From Squalus acanthias (Eukaryota): a stretch of 64,000 nucleotides of DNA. The stretch is taken from positions 62,374,001 through 62,438,000 of the forward strand of contig CM059438.1 of NCBI GenBank assembly GCA_030390025.1, read 5' to 3'. Numbering within the stretch: position 1 is the first letter of the stretch; the number at the start of each line of letters is the position of its first letter. Positions 51,740 to 62,933 of this stretch are shown here, one piece after another. A program made the position numbers and the translations under genes. A model generated the notes under the pieces. The model saw only the letters and a program-made list of their open reading frames with translations, was not told the DNA's origin and did no database searches.

Positions 51740-52699
51740 CGTGGTAACCATGTTTCTTTTAACTGTCAGACCAATATCTCACTGTTTTCTGAACATATTC
51801 TAACACCCCATTTACCTTCAAACTTCTGAAAACTAACTTCAAAAGCATCAAATCTAGTCGAGAACCTTTTTTAGGTCATTTAGATTAAGTCATTATTTCA
51901 GACAATCTGACCCACTTAATTACCTTTCAGTGAGGTTGGGGTTTCTGCTAAAACTGTATGAGTACCCTTATTACCTAGCAAGTTTTGTTGTCCATAAACT
52001 ACACTCCAAAATTCTGCCGTTAAATGTTCTTTTCAGGCAATGGTCAGGCCTCAAGGCTTTCCCCCGAAATTTTTGTAGAGCAGTTAACCTACAGTGTCAA
52101 TTTGGTTAGTTTTATCTGGGAAAAGCCATATGGGCTCTTCTCCATGAACTCAGACCTCTTAGAAATGGTAGATTCATTCGGTGCATATAGTCTAACAGTC
52201 AGACTTCCAACCAGTATTAGTGGATCTGTGTAAAGCACCGTCGTCACACTGTCTCCTACTAAACCCTCCAATTTATTTTTCCTCCTGGAAAATTTTGAGC
52301 TTTACCTAGGACAGAAACAACATTTATAGTAGTTGGAATGAGAAGAGTAGGCACTTAAAAACTTCAAGGGAAATAAGAATACAGGTTTTCCAAAACTGTA
52401 CATACAGGCAGTTATCAGCACCAGGATGCATTACATGGGACAGAAAGTAAAAATCTGTTTTTAATCCAACTAGGATATGCTAGTCTCTTAAAAAGAAATG
52501 CTGGATGTGAATTGCATTTCTATATTGCTGTTCAGAACTTGCTGAAATGGAAAACAGCTTTTAAAAATTTAATGCGTATTCACAGGAGTTTTCCATTACG
52601 GTATTCCATTGTGACAAACCTCTTTGCATCTCCATTGTGGCAGCTTGACCGAGAATAGTTCCAAGTAGAACTACCAGCACAGATGATCCAAGTACAGAA

Positions 52700-53295
52700 A
52701 TCACTAAAAGAGAGTCGACAGATACGAAAAATAATTAAAAAGGTAATGGAATCTTGGCCTTTATCTAAAGGGAGCTGGAATACAAAGGAGTAGAGGTTAT
52801 GTTACCGTTATAAAGTGCTGGTTAGACCACATTTAGAGTACTATGTTCAGTTCTGGGCATCACACCTAAGGAAGGAGATATTGGCTTTGGAGAGAGTACA
52901 GCCCAGATTCACCAGAATGATACCGGGGCTATAAGGGTTAAATTCTGAGGACAGGTTCCATAGACTTGCATTCCCTTGAGTAAAGAAGATTAACGGGTGA
53001 TCTAATTGAGGTGTTTAAGATGATTTAAAGGAGTTGATAGGGTAGATAGAAAGGGGGAATAAGCTTAAAATTAGAGCTGGGCTGTTCAGGGGTGATGTCA
53101 GGAAGCACTTCTTCACATAAGGGTAGCAGAAATCTGGAACTCTCTTCCCCAAAAAGCTGTTGAGGCTGGGGGTCAATTGAAAATTTCAAAACTGAGATTG
53201 ATAGATTTCTGTTGCGCAAAGGTATTAAGGATTACGGAACCAAGGTGGTGGAACAGGCTCCAGGGGCTGAATGGTCCACTCATATTCCCATGTTC
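52700..53295 (+). mobile_element. Degenerate CR1 3' fragment
   Basis: ctggttagaccacatttagagtactatgttcagttctgg..aggaagcacttcttcaca..ggggctgaatgg tail. Confidence 0.8.
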
Positions 53296-54035
53296 TGGGG
53301 GAAATTTGTAATTGGAAGACTTTTCACACCTCCCAGCCGAACCAAGCAATGTTCCCAGAAAATAGGAATCTTTCTTAAAATAATGTAAACAGAGCCATCG
53401 TACTGTGCTTCCAGTTCATACTGGAAACAACTTCTTCTCCGCCAACTTATAAAGCGTAAATGTCATAGACTAACTCACGCAATAGACATTTTACTCATCT
53501 CTTTTCTTCCTCCCAACACACAGATGTCTCCCACACTTCGCTGCCTCCCAATGCATATCTGTTCTGTTACTGTCTTTAAGATACAGAGCTAATCCCCCAT
53601 TAGATATCACCCACAAAATAAGAGCACAAGCTTGAAACTCACTAATGACTTTGCACCCCAAAGAGCAGTGTTTCTCAACTGTATACGTGATGATGGGCAG
53701 TTCTCAGGAAATGTACTCAAAAGCAAATGTCTGTCAGTCAGTATTGGGTTGCTGAATTTCTCTATCTCGTCATCGATGTGAAATCTCAAATATAGTTTTT
53801 TTTTAATTCCTCCTTTCCACCCTGTACCCCTACCCTGATACAAAGGAAATCGAGGAGTGATGATGAAGCTATTGTTTCATATCAAGGGTCAGGTGAATGT
53901 ACTAAGTAGCTCAGAGTCCACTCTCCCATCAGAACGCTCTGATTAGGTTAGTGCATTGTGATTATCTGTTGTCCTCTATACAATGTATGCAGACTATTAT
54001 TTCCTAGTAATCAGATGCAGATTATCACTTGATAT

Positions 54036-56563
54036 TAGGGTTGCGAAGGGGTGGAAAGTTTCCGGTAAATTTCCGGAAATTTTCCACGGGAAGTTTAGCT
54101 TGGGAATTGGAATTTTGCCCAAAAAAGCACATGCTAGCATAATATTGTTCTTTTTTTGTATTTTCGTTTTTTTCACAGGTCCTCTCTTAAAATTACTAAC
54201 AGAGATGGAATCTTAATTATTAAGGAATTTCTTAATCAATATATGTTTATCTTCTTACTTGGCTTGTTTTAATAATTACAAGTTTTGTGTGTGACTGTGA
54301 ACAAATGTGTCCTGATTGGTTGGATGAGTGGATGAGCGATTAGCTCCCTCTATTGGTGATGTAGCGTCGTGCGTGCACAGGTCATGCTTCCATCACATGG
54401 AGCATCAGGAAAAATTTACTCACCCTGTTGCAATCGTGCTGATCGACCGCAGTTCGACACAGAGATGAGTGCCCTTTATTTCTCTGCATAGAACAATGCC
54501 ACGTTTACCGTCGGATGTGTGGAAGCATTTTACCCCAGGCATTAAAGATGGAAAGACTGTGTACATGTGCAAACACTGTACAAAGCCATATGTAAAGAAT
54601 GCCACAAAGTTGCAGCAGCATTTATCCAAATGCAACAACTTCACTCAAAGCTCACAGCAGTCAGCCCAGAGTTCCTCTGCTTCCATTCAAGAAGATGATG
54701 GTTCACATTCAGCATCAGGCTCCTTATCATCAGCAACTCCTGGCCCACTTGGAAGGTTCTTTGATACAATGGATAACCATAGCCAGAAGAATGCAGATGA
54801 GTGCCTTGCTCGAGCTGTATATGCGACAGGCTCACCCCTCATGCTCACAGCCAATGTGTACTGGAAGAGATTTTTCAATGTTATTCGCCCTGCATACTGT
54901 CCTCCCACCAGACATGCTTTGTCTAGTTATTTGCTGGAGGCTGAGTATAACAGAGTCCAAGGAAAGCTCAAAGAAACGATAGAGATGGCAGACTGTGTTG
55001 CAGATATCTCAGATAGGTGGTCAAATGTACGAGGGGAGGGCATCATAAACTACATTGTCTCCACTCCTCTCCCAGTGTCCTTCAAGAGCACAGACACGAA
55101 GGACAACAGACACACAGGCACATACATTGCTGATGAGCTGAAAGCGGTCATCAACGATCTTGGATCACAAAAGGTCTTTGCAGTAGTTACTGACAATGCT
55201 GCGAATATGAAGGCTGCTTGGGCTCAAGTGGAGGAGGCCTACCCTCATATTATGTCTATTGGGTGCACAGCTCATGGGCTCAACCTGGGTTTGAGAACCA
55301 TGGAAACACTGTACAAGAGAGCCAAGCAAGTTGTTAAGTATGTCAGGGGCAAACAGGTAGTTGCAGCGACCTACAACTCCAAGCAAAAGACAAAGAACAA
55401 GAACACCACACTGAAGCTGCCCAGCAACACTAGATGGGGTGGCGGTGTCATAATGTACAACAGCCTTCTGGAGGGTAAGGAGTCGCTGCAAGAAATGGCA
55501 ATATCCCAGTCTGGGGATATGGAAACCACCATCAAGAAAATACTGCTGGATGATGTGTTTTGGGAGAGAGTGGTTAGCAGCCTTAAACTACTCTCACCAG
55601 TAACATCTACAATTGCTCAGATTGAAGGAGATGACGCTGTCTTGTCAGATGTTCTCAGGCTTTTTGCTGATTTAAAAGAACAAATCAGCATTGCCCTACC
55701 CACATCCCTGCTGCTCAAAGCAGAGGAGAAGGCAATTGTTCAATTCATACAGATGCGTCAAGAATTTTGTGTCAAGCCGATTCATGCTGCAGCATACATG
55801 CTGGACCCAAAGCATGTTGGCAGACCAATACTTACTGGAGAACAGATCAACAGCGCTTACAGTGTGATTTCTACCCTCTCACGCCACCTCAGTCTGGACG
55901 TGGGCAAAGTTCTGGGAAGTCTGGCAAAGTTCTCTACCAAGCAAGGTCTTTGGAATGGGGACGGGATATGGGAATCATGCAAACATATCAGTGCACATAC
56001 CTGGTGGAAGGGACTTTGTGCATCTGAAGCCCTGTCACCCATTGCATCGGTGATACTCCAAATCCCACCTTCATCAGCAGCCTCTGAACGAAACTGGTCA
56101 CTTTTTGGGAATACGCATACAAAGGTGCGCAACAGGCTGACTAACAAGAGAGTGGAGAAACTGGTGGCTATCCGGGCAAACCTACAACTTATTGAGCCAG
56201 ATACAGAAGTGTCCACCACACAGCTAGACAGTGACACAGAGGAGGAAATGAACACGTCAGAGCCAGAGTCAGAGAATCAGGAGGAGCAATGATGAGTAGA
56301 AGACTCATAGGGACAAAATAAGGACAAATTACAGGCTAAGTAAGCTGACGCTCTTTTTATTTTATTTTAGATGGATCTTTTTTGTGGAGGTTCAATAAAG
56401 TTCACAATTATAACCTAAATAAAGTTTTGAAAGCCTGTTTTTATTTGTATGGAACAGAGACAAAAACCATCAGTGTGCAATAAAACTCTAGGTTCCCATA
56501 AATTCCCATAAATTCCCATGGAAAGTTTCCTCTTTTAAAAATTCCCGGAATTTTGCAACCCTA
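54036..56563 (+). mobile_element. Full-length hAT DNA transposon (2,528 bp)
   Basis: TIRs TAGGGTTGC(G/A)AA. Perfect 8-bp TSD CTTGATAT (54028-54035, 56564-56571). Subterminal AATTTCC/AATTCCC repeats. AATAAA at 56394. Confidence 0.97.
54496..56292 (+). CDS. hAT transposase (BED zinc finger, DUF659-type DDE core, C-terminal dimerisation domain), about 598 aa
   Basis: VWKHF..CKHC..HLSKC; SDRWSN (D), VTDNAANM (D), CTAH (CxxH), TRW, WW..L, SSAASERNWS (E). The ATG at 54496 follows a splice-acceptor-like TTTATTTCTCTGCATAG. No stops. Confidence 0.93.
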   Translation: MPRLPSDVWKHFTPGIKDGKTVYMCKHCTKPYVKNATKLQQHLSKCNNFTQSSQQSAQSSSASIQEDDGSHSASGSLSSATPGPLGRFFDTMDNHSQKNADECLARAVYATGSPLMLTANVYWKRFFNVIRPAYCPPTRHALSSYLLEAEYNRVQGKLKETIEMADCVADISDRWSNVRGEGIINYIVSTPLPVSFKSTDTKDNRHTGTYIADELKAVINDLGSQKVFAVVTDNAANMKAAWAQVEEAYPHIMSIGCTAHGLNLGLRTMETLYKRAKQVVKYVRGKQVVAATYNSKQKTKNKNTTLKLPSNTRWGGGVIMYNSLLEGKESLQEMAISQSGDMETTIKKILLDDVFWERVVSSLKLLSPVTSTIAQIEGDDAVLSDVLRLFADLKEQISIALPTSLLLKAEEKAIVQFIQMRQEFCVKPIHAAAYMLDPKHVGRPILTGEQINSAYSVISTLSRHLSLDVGKVLGSLAKFSTKQGLWNGDGIWESCKHISAHTWWKGLCASEALSPIASVILQIPPSSAASERNWSLFGNTHTKVRNRLTNKRVEKLVAIRANLQLIEPDTEVSTTQLDSDTEEEMNTSEPESENQEEQ

Positions 56564-58632
56564 CTTGATATACTTGGAATGATTACATGCAAATTGCTAA
56601 ACTATCTCATTCTCTTGATTAAATTATAGACTCTAAGCACTCTCGTGTATTTATTATATTCTGCATGCAAACTGTCTAAACCCCAGATCAGATTACAGCA
56701 TGTAACTCATATCCAGATATTTGTTCTGTGTATACCTTTCATTATTAGTTGAAACCTTTTCATTTATTTCCCCTTCCTGTTAAGATATATATGAATGAAC
56801 ATTATTCAACGCTTCGGTTTTCTTTTCTAACAGTGTTCCTATTTCTATTAATTCTTTTGCGCAAATCAAATCAAATCAAGAAGAGTAGACTACACCTGAT
56901 GATTACGGTGACTGCTCCATCTCCTGCGTCCTTTCCAATCTCCGTTGAGCTGTGCTGTAGTGTCTCAAACCTTTAAATACTTGAGCAATTTCTCTTGATT
57001 GCATTTATCTGTGCCATTTGTTTCTCACCGGGAAATGAGTGCAATTCTCATGTGGCTGGCTATTAGTAAATCTGATATTTTAATACCGCTTCATATTCAT
57101 GTTTGTTATATTATAAATGCCATGAGCTCGTTTGTTAAATTGATTTGGGTTACATTTCCAAATCTCATATTATCTGCGCCCAAAAGTCATCTTCACCAGT
57201 TGATCAAAGTTACCTGCAAAGCTTGCAAAAATAGATATAGCTGACTTGGGAGCAAGTTCTGGTTGGGCAATGGGGAAGAAGGTGAAAAGGCTGGTCGGAA
57301 TTATCGCCATTGAAATTTCTTTGCTTGAATTACAGGAGTACCTTGTAAATAATTTTCTCTTCTTCCCTCCCCTCCTCTCTCTAAGATGTTGGCTCTTTGC
57401 TGGTTTTTGGTTTCCTGGGTTCTAGGTACTCTCTGGTACCTTGTCTGAGTAGTCATTATTTATGCGTTATCCGTGATGGTGACTTTCAGGAGGATGTTCA
57501 GCCTTGCGGAGCATCACATCCAAACCCGGTCCTGTCCTCTCCTGACGTCCACATGCAAACTTCCAACAGGAGTTGTTGGATAGAGATCAGGAGCAGGAAA
57601 CCTGCCTGTGTTTTTTTTTAATGCTAGCCCTTTCTTGGGGTGCTGAGATAGATTATACCTTCCCCACCAGCTCCCTGGCTGAGATAAACTAACCCAGCAC
57701 AGGTCACGGGTTGAGCTTTGGATCTTTGCAGTCTGCATGCCTCAGCTACTCATTTGATGAGCACACTGAGCCATTGGGGCAGTTCCAGTAGCTATTTTTT
57801 TGCTATAGTTTTCTCTCTCTTTGCCTTGACCCCATACAAAAACACTTGTCTGATGTGTCATTGGCAATACTGCTCTGTCACCGACCACTAGAAGATTTAC
57901 AAAGGCAAAATACTGCGGATGCTGGAAATCTGAAATATAAACAGAAAGCGCTGGAAATACTCAGCAGGTCAGGCAGGACCTGTGGCGAGAGAAACAACTG
58001 GAATAAACTAGAAGGTCTACATTTGTTTTTCCTCTTTCTGGGTTGAAGTACCTGGCCTTCGCTCAGCATATGCCCTCGGATGTTCTTGAGTGAGCATTAG
58101 CCCTCCCATTGGAAGTTGTGTGTACAACAATGCATTACGTCACTGGATTAGTAAATCTGATATTTTAATACCACCTCATATTCATGCTCGTTATATTATA
58201 AATGCCAAGTAAGTCTTATTTTTTTTTTACATTCATAACTGAAAAGTTCCAATTCTAATTTTTGCAAAGATTAAAAACACAATTTCTGGCTTACCTGATA
58301 ATCAGTGGTTAAATGGTGCTGTACTGAGCCATTCAGACTAGGAGGGGCCCAGGTTTGATCCCTGGCCTATGCTGAATTACCTAATCTCGGCCAGTGCAGC
58401 AAAAGAGGTGATTCAGTTGACCTCATGCCATGTGTCCAGGGTGAGGAAAAACAGCCAGATCTCCAGTCTGACTGGTGTCTGCTGGAAAGCACGTGTATGG
58501 GTGGATGTCAGGTGTGAGGACCAGATCATGCCCACCAATCTTCTCTTTGGAGAGCGACCTAAGAGTAACAATCTCCTGAATTTACAGTGCTGTGTGTTGT
58601 CAGTCTCTCCCTGAACCAGTGGCAATCTAACT

Positions 58633-59072
58633 TCAGTTATGTGGATAGACTAGAGAAGCTGGGGTTGTTCTCCTTGGAGCAGAGAAGATTGAGAGGAGAT
58701 TTGATAGAGGTGTTAAAAATCATGAGGTGTCTAGACAGAGTAGATAGAGAGAAACTGTTCCCATTGGCGGAAGGGTCAAAAACCAGAGGACGCAGATTTA
58801 AAGTGATTGGCAAAAGAACCAAAGGCGACATGAGGAAAAACTTTTTTGCGTAGTGAGTGGTTAGGATCTGGAATGCATTGCCTGAAAGGGTGGTGGAGGC
58901 AGCCTTAATCGTGGTTTTCAAAAGGGAATTGGATAAGTACCTGAAGGAATTTTTTTTTCAGGGCTACGGGGAAAGGGCGGGTAGTGGGACTAGCTGAAGT
59001 GCTCTTGCAAAGAGCCGGCACAGGCTCGATGGGCCGAATGGCTTCCTTCTGTGCTGTAACCATTCTATGATT
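58633..59072 (+). mobile_element. CR1 LINE 3' end
   Basis: SYVDRLEKLGLFSLEQRRLRGDLIEV..; tail ggctcgatgggccgaatggc..attctatgatt. Confidence 0.9.
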
Positions 59073-59777
59073 CAGTGCAGGTTGCAGGGCATTGCACATG
59101 CACAATGCAGTCATGACAAATTGGCCAACATAATTCCATCATGGTTTTATCATGACAAACAAATCATCCCAGGCTTCCTTCAGCACGTTTAGGTGCATGA
59201 ATACATAGTTAAGATATAACTTCTTTGCAGAGAGAGTGGTAAACATGTGGAATAGCTGACCCAGGAAGGCAGTGAATGTGGAGGACATAATACATTTTAA
59301 GAGAGTAATGTGAGGGGTATCTGAAGTAAAGTGGGACAAGAAGTCAGTGACCTTTGGAACCAGCCTGATGAATGGACATAATCATTTCCATTCTGATATA
59401 GACCTGTGTTCGAAAAGAGATTGAGAGATATCCTTGGGAGAGGGTTGGGGGGGGGGGGGTGGCGGGGTGGTACACAGGGTTGCATCATCTATTTGATCAG
59501 GTGAACGTGGATGGACCTGACAGTCTTTTCTCATCTGTCTTTTCCTATGACATCATATGGGGCCATTCTGAAAACCTTTGTAGATCGTAGTGCAAGCACT
59601 TCTACTGATTTGAGTTAGATCAGCAGCAGGTGCTAAAACCCAGTGACTGGTGGCCTAACAAAAGCAAGTAGTTTTACATTTATCTAGCTACAGGCGACCG
59701 TAGGCCGAAAATCAATGAACAACTTTTCTTCCCCCCCCCCCCTCCAGTTCAATAGACTGCTACACCCATATTATAGT

Positions 59778-60123
59778 TCGATATGGTAGACGTAGAGAAG
59801 ATATTTCCACTTACAGGCAAGTCGAAAACTAGGGCCCATAAATATAAGATAGTCACGAATAAATCCAATAAGGAATTCAGGAGAAACTTCTTTACTCGAG
59901 TGGTTAAAATGTGGAACTCGCTACCACAGGGAGTAGTTGAGATGAATAGCATAGATGCATTTAAGGGGAAGCTAGATAAGTACATGAGGGAGAAAGGAAT
60001 AGAAGGATATGTTGATGGGGTAAGATGAAGTAAGGTGGGAGGAGGGTCGTGTGGAGCATAAACACCGGCATAGACCTGTTGGGCTAAATAACCTGTTTCT
60101 GCGCTGTAAAATTCTATGTAATA
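59778..60123 (+). mobile_element. CR1 LINE 3' end (same subfamily as 27105-27480)
   Basis: FRRNFFTRVVKMWNSLPQGVVE..FKGKLDKYM plus the 3' UTR. Confidence 0.88.
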
Positions 60124-62512
60124 TTGTCTAGGCTCCTATATAAAACTAAGGTGAAGTGCCTGAGCGTAGCCACCACCTGTGCTACCACCAGAGAGCCAGC
60201 ACCTTCAGGAGAGGAGGTGAGAAAACATGAATCCACAGTTTTTAGTGTACATTGCTGCAGACCTGCATTATCTGCGCTATCTTTGATAAGTATTGAGAAA
60301 GCAACAAATTTAACTGCTCTGAATTGGTGTAACTTTGTTGCCTCTCTGCTTTTCCTCTGTTGATGGCCTGGGGGCTGTAAATATTCCCATTCCGTGTATA
60401 AAGGATGCTAATCAGTAAAACCTCTTAAAGGATTATCATAAATATTCTGGCAAAATAACAAACAATTGCCAAATGTCTTTATAACTGCTCATAAAAGATT
60501 TAGCTGTGATGGTTCAGCTCCAGAGAGGTGCGAATTGTTTACTGAATGCAGCATATTCGATGTGTAAAAATGGCTGCTCGGAGATGTGCAGTGTATTACT
60601 AACACTGCTTAGAATTTCCCACCGGTGCACAGACATTTCAAATCAGGTTTGTCTTGTAGCAAATGTTAGATACAATATCAAACGGTTCATATATTGAAAA
60701 CTCACGCAGCTCAAATGCAGAGCCATTGAACAGCGGTAGTTGAATTGTGTGGTATGCATGTTGAATGCACACAGGAGAATCGTGTTTAACGTGCAGCTGA
60801 AGTTCGGAAGCTATAGCACCTGGACCCAAACTTCTATGAAACAATGCATAATAAGCCTTCTCCGCTTCTCCCCCTGCCCCTCCAAATTGTTGTCTCTAAA
60901 GCTTTCCGGTGAGGTCACTTGACTATTTTCATGTGTAAGTGTTTGAAGCAGCAATTGGTGACGTGATCTGTTTTACTTCATGTATTCTCTTCAAAACTAT
61001 TGTACTTTAAGTGTGAAAAATGTTTCGAAGAGCAAGGACCTTTACTATAATAATGTCGCTGGTGGTGGGAAAGGGGGATTCAAAAAAGATGTGACAAAAA
61101 TGAAGCACTTTTGTCCAAGACTTACTTTGAATGTGGCTTCTTTAATTCTGTCATGGTACATGAGAGGGTAGAAATCCACTACACACAGAAATTATGTCGC
61201 AGTTTTACTTGATGCATTTCAACGATTAGTTGGTTAGTCATCTGGCAGATTGCTTGAGGGAGAAGCTAAGTCGCTTAATTCAAATACAGACGTGCTGTGT
61301 GATTAGTTCAAATATGTCTCTGGTAGCTTTTTGAATTTCACAGTTATTTAAATTGAAAGCATCAGTCATTGTTTCAAAGGTATTTATCAAATCAGTGAAT
61401 CGCTGGGGCTTTCAAAGGGGTCAGAGAGAAGCTGTCTATATTTTTTTGAAATAAGTCTGCCTTCAGGTATTTCTGTAGTAGGTGAGGGAAGAAATAAAGG
61501 AAAAGAACAAATGCACATGTTTAAAAAATTGTAATATATAACCTAGCATAGTCATTGTGAGCAGTTTATTGTTTCCATTATAATAAAAAGCTACCTAAGT
61601 TTACCAACTGGTGGAAAAGTGTTATGTTACTGGTTCTATTTGCCTGCTCCATTACTATTTAGTATATTTGTTTGCCAATTAAAACCTAAAATGGGGTCTA
61701 AAGTAGGGCTATTCTGGAAGATCCTGTGAATGCACAGGATAGAACCAGTAGCTGAAGTAATGTTTCTCTATTCATTATCCCGCATGCACTACGAAACTTA
61801 CACAGGTGATTAGAAGCGAGAAAGGTTTGTTGGGAATGGCGGTCGAGTCAGAATATCGGAATCATGCCACAAACAGCTAGATGTTGTAATGAACAGCAGA
61901 GTTGGTGTTCTGGAAGATGAAATCAAATGGTTCAGTGGTTCAGGATCTACCGACTAAATTCGTACTAGAATTAGGTCTAATTTACAGCACAGAAACCAGC
62001 CATTCAGCCCAACTGGTCTATGCTGGCATTTCTGCTCCACAGGAGTCTCCTCCCACCCCCCCCCCCCTCTTCATCTAACCCTATCAGCATATCCTTCTAT
62101 TTCACCCTCTCTCCCTCTTATTCTAGCTTATCTAGGTTCCCCCTAATGTATTTGGCACGCTGGTATGCCCCATTTGGTTGGAGCACCAAAATGTTATGCA
62201 GTGGGAGGTGTAGGATGCTGGTTTGATCCAGCAATAGTCTTGGCCCTGCTGCCAATCAGATGCAAGTAGAGGGATTTCACACCATCCCGCACATTAAAAA
62301 GCTAGAATCTAGTTACAGACAACACTTTAGTGCCAGCTATTGCTTTCCTGTAACAGTCAAGTAAAATTTCAGATGATTAAAAAGAAAAACTGAATCCTAG
62401 CAATCTGAATAAATAACAGAAAATACTGGAAATATGTAGTATGTTGGTCAGCATGTGAAAGACAAATGACAGATCAGCATTTCGGGTGTGACCCTCTCCA
62501 CAATAGCTTCAA

Positions 62513-62933
62513 AAGTGAGAAGTCGCACAACACCAGGTTATAGTCCAACAGCTTTATTTGACATGATGTGGAGATGCCGGTGTTGGACTGGGGTGGACAA
62601 AAATGAGGAAGTCGCACAACACCAGGTTATAGTCCAACAGATTTATTTAAAATTACAAGCTTTCGGAACTGGCACTAAAGTGTTGTCTGTAACTAGATTC
62701 TAGCTTTTTAATGTGCGGGATGGTGTGAAATCCCTCTACTTGCATCTGATTGGCAGCGGGGCCAAGACTATTGCTGGATCAAACTCATTGTAACTTTACC
62801 TGAAGAAGGGGCGATAGCTCCGAAAGCTTGTAATTTTAAATAAATCTGTTGGACTATAACTGGTGTTGTGCGACTTCTCAGCTTTATTTGAAATCACAAG
62901 CTTTCGGAGCGCTGCTCCTTCGTCAGGTGAAGT
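62513..62933. mobile_element. Nested PLE terminal insertions enclosing captured flanking DNA
   Basis: Outer TSD CAATAGCTTCAA (62501-62512, 62934-62945). Inner TSD (CA)GCTTTATTTGA (62549-62561, 62879-62891). Hammerheads at 62796-62833 (+) and 62894-62930 (-). Confidence 0.88.

Noticed and set aside
54469..54495. Upstream GTG start given by the ORF track
   Set aside because: It runs through a polypyrimidine/acceptor tract; the ATG at 54496, directly before the BED finger, is more plausible.
54036..56563. Domesticated ZBED host gene
   Set aside because: Intact TIRs and a perfect TSD indicate a recent transposon insertion.
60380..61450. Repeat-free stretches as conserved enhancers (also about 25440-25700 and 48300-48780)
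   Set aside because: Plausible, but conservation cannot be judged from one sequence.
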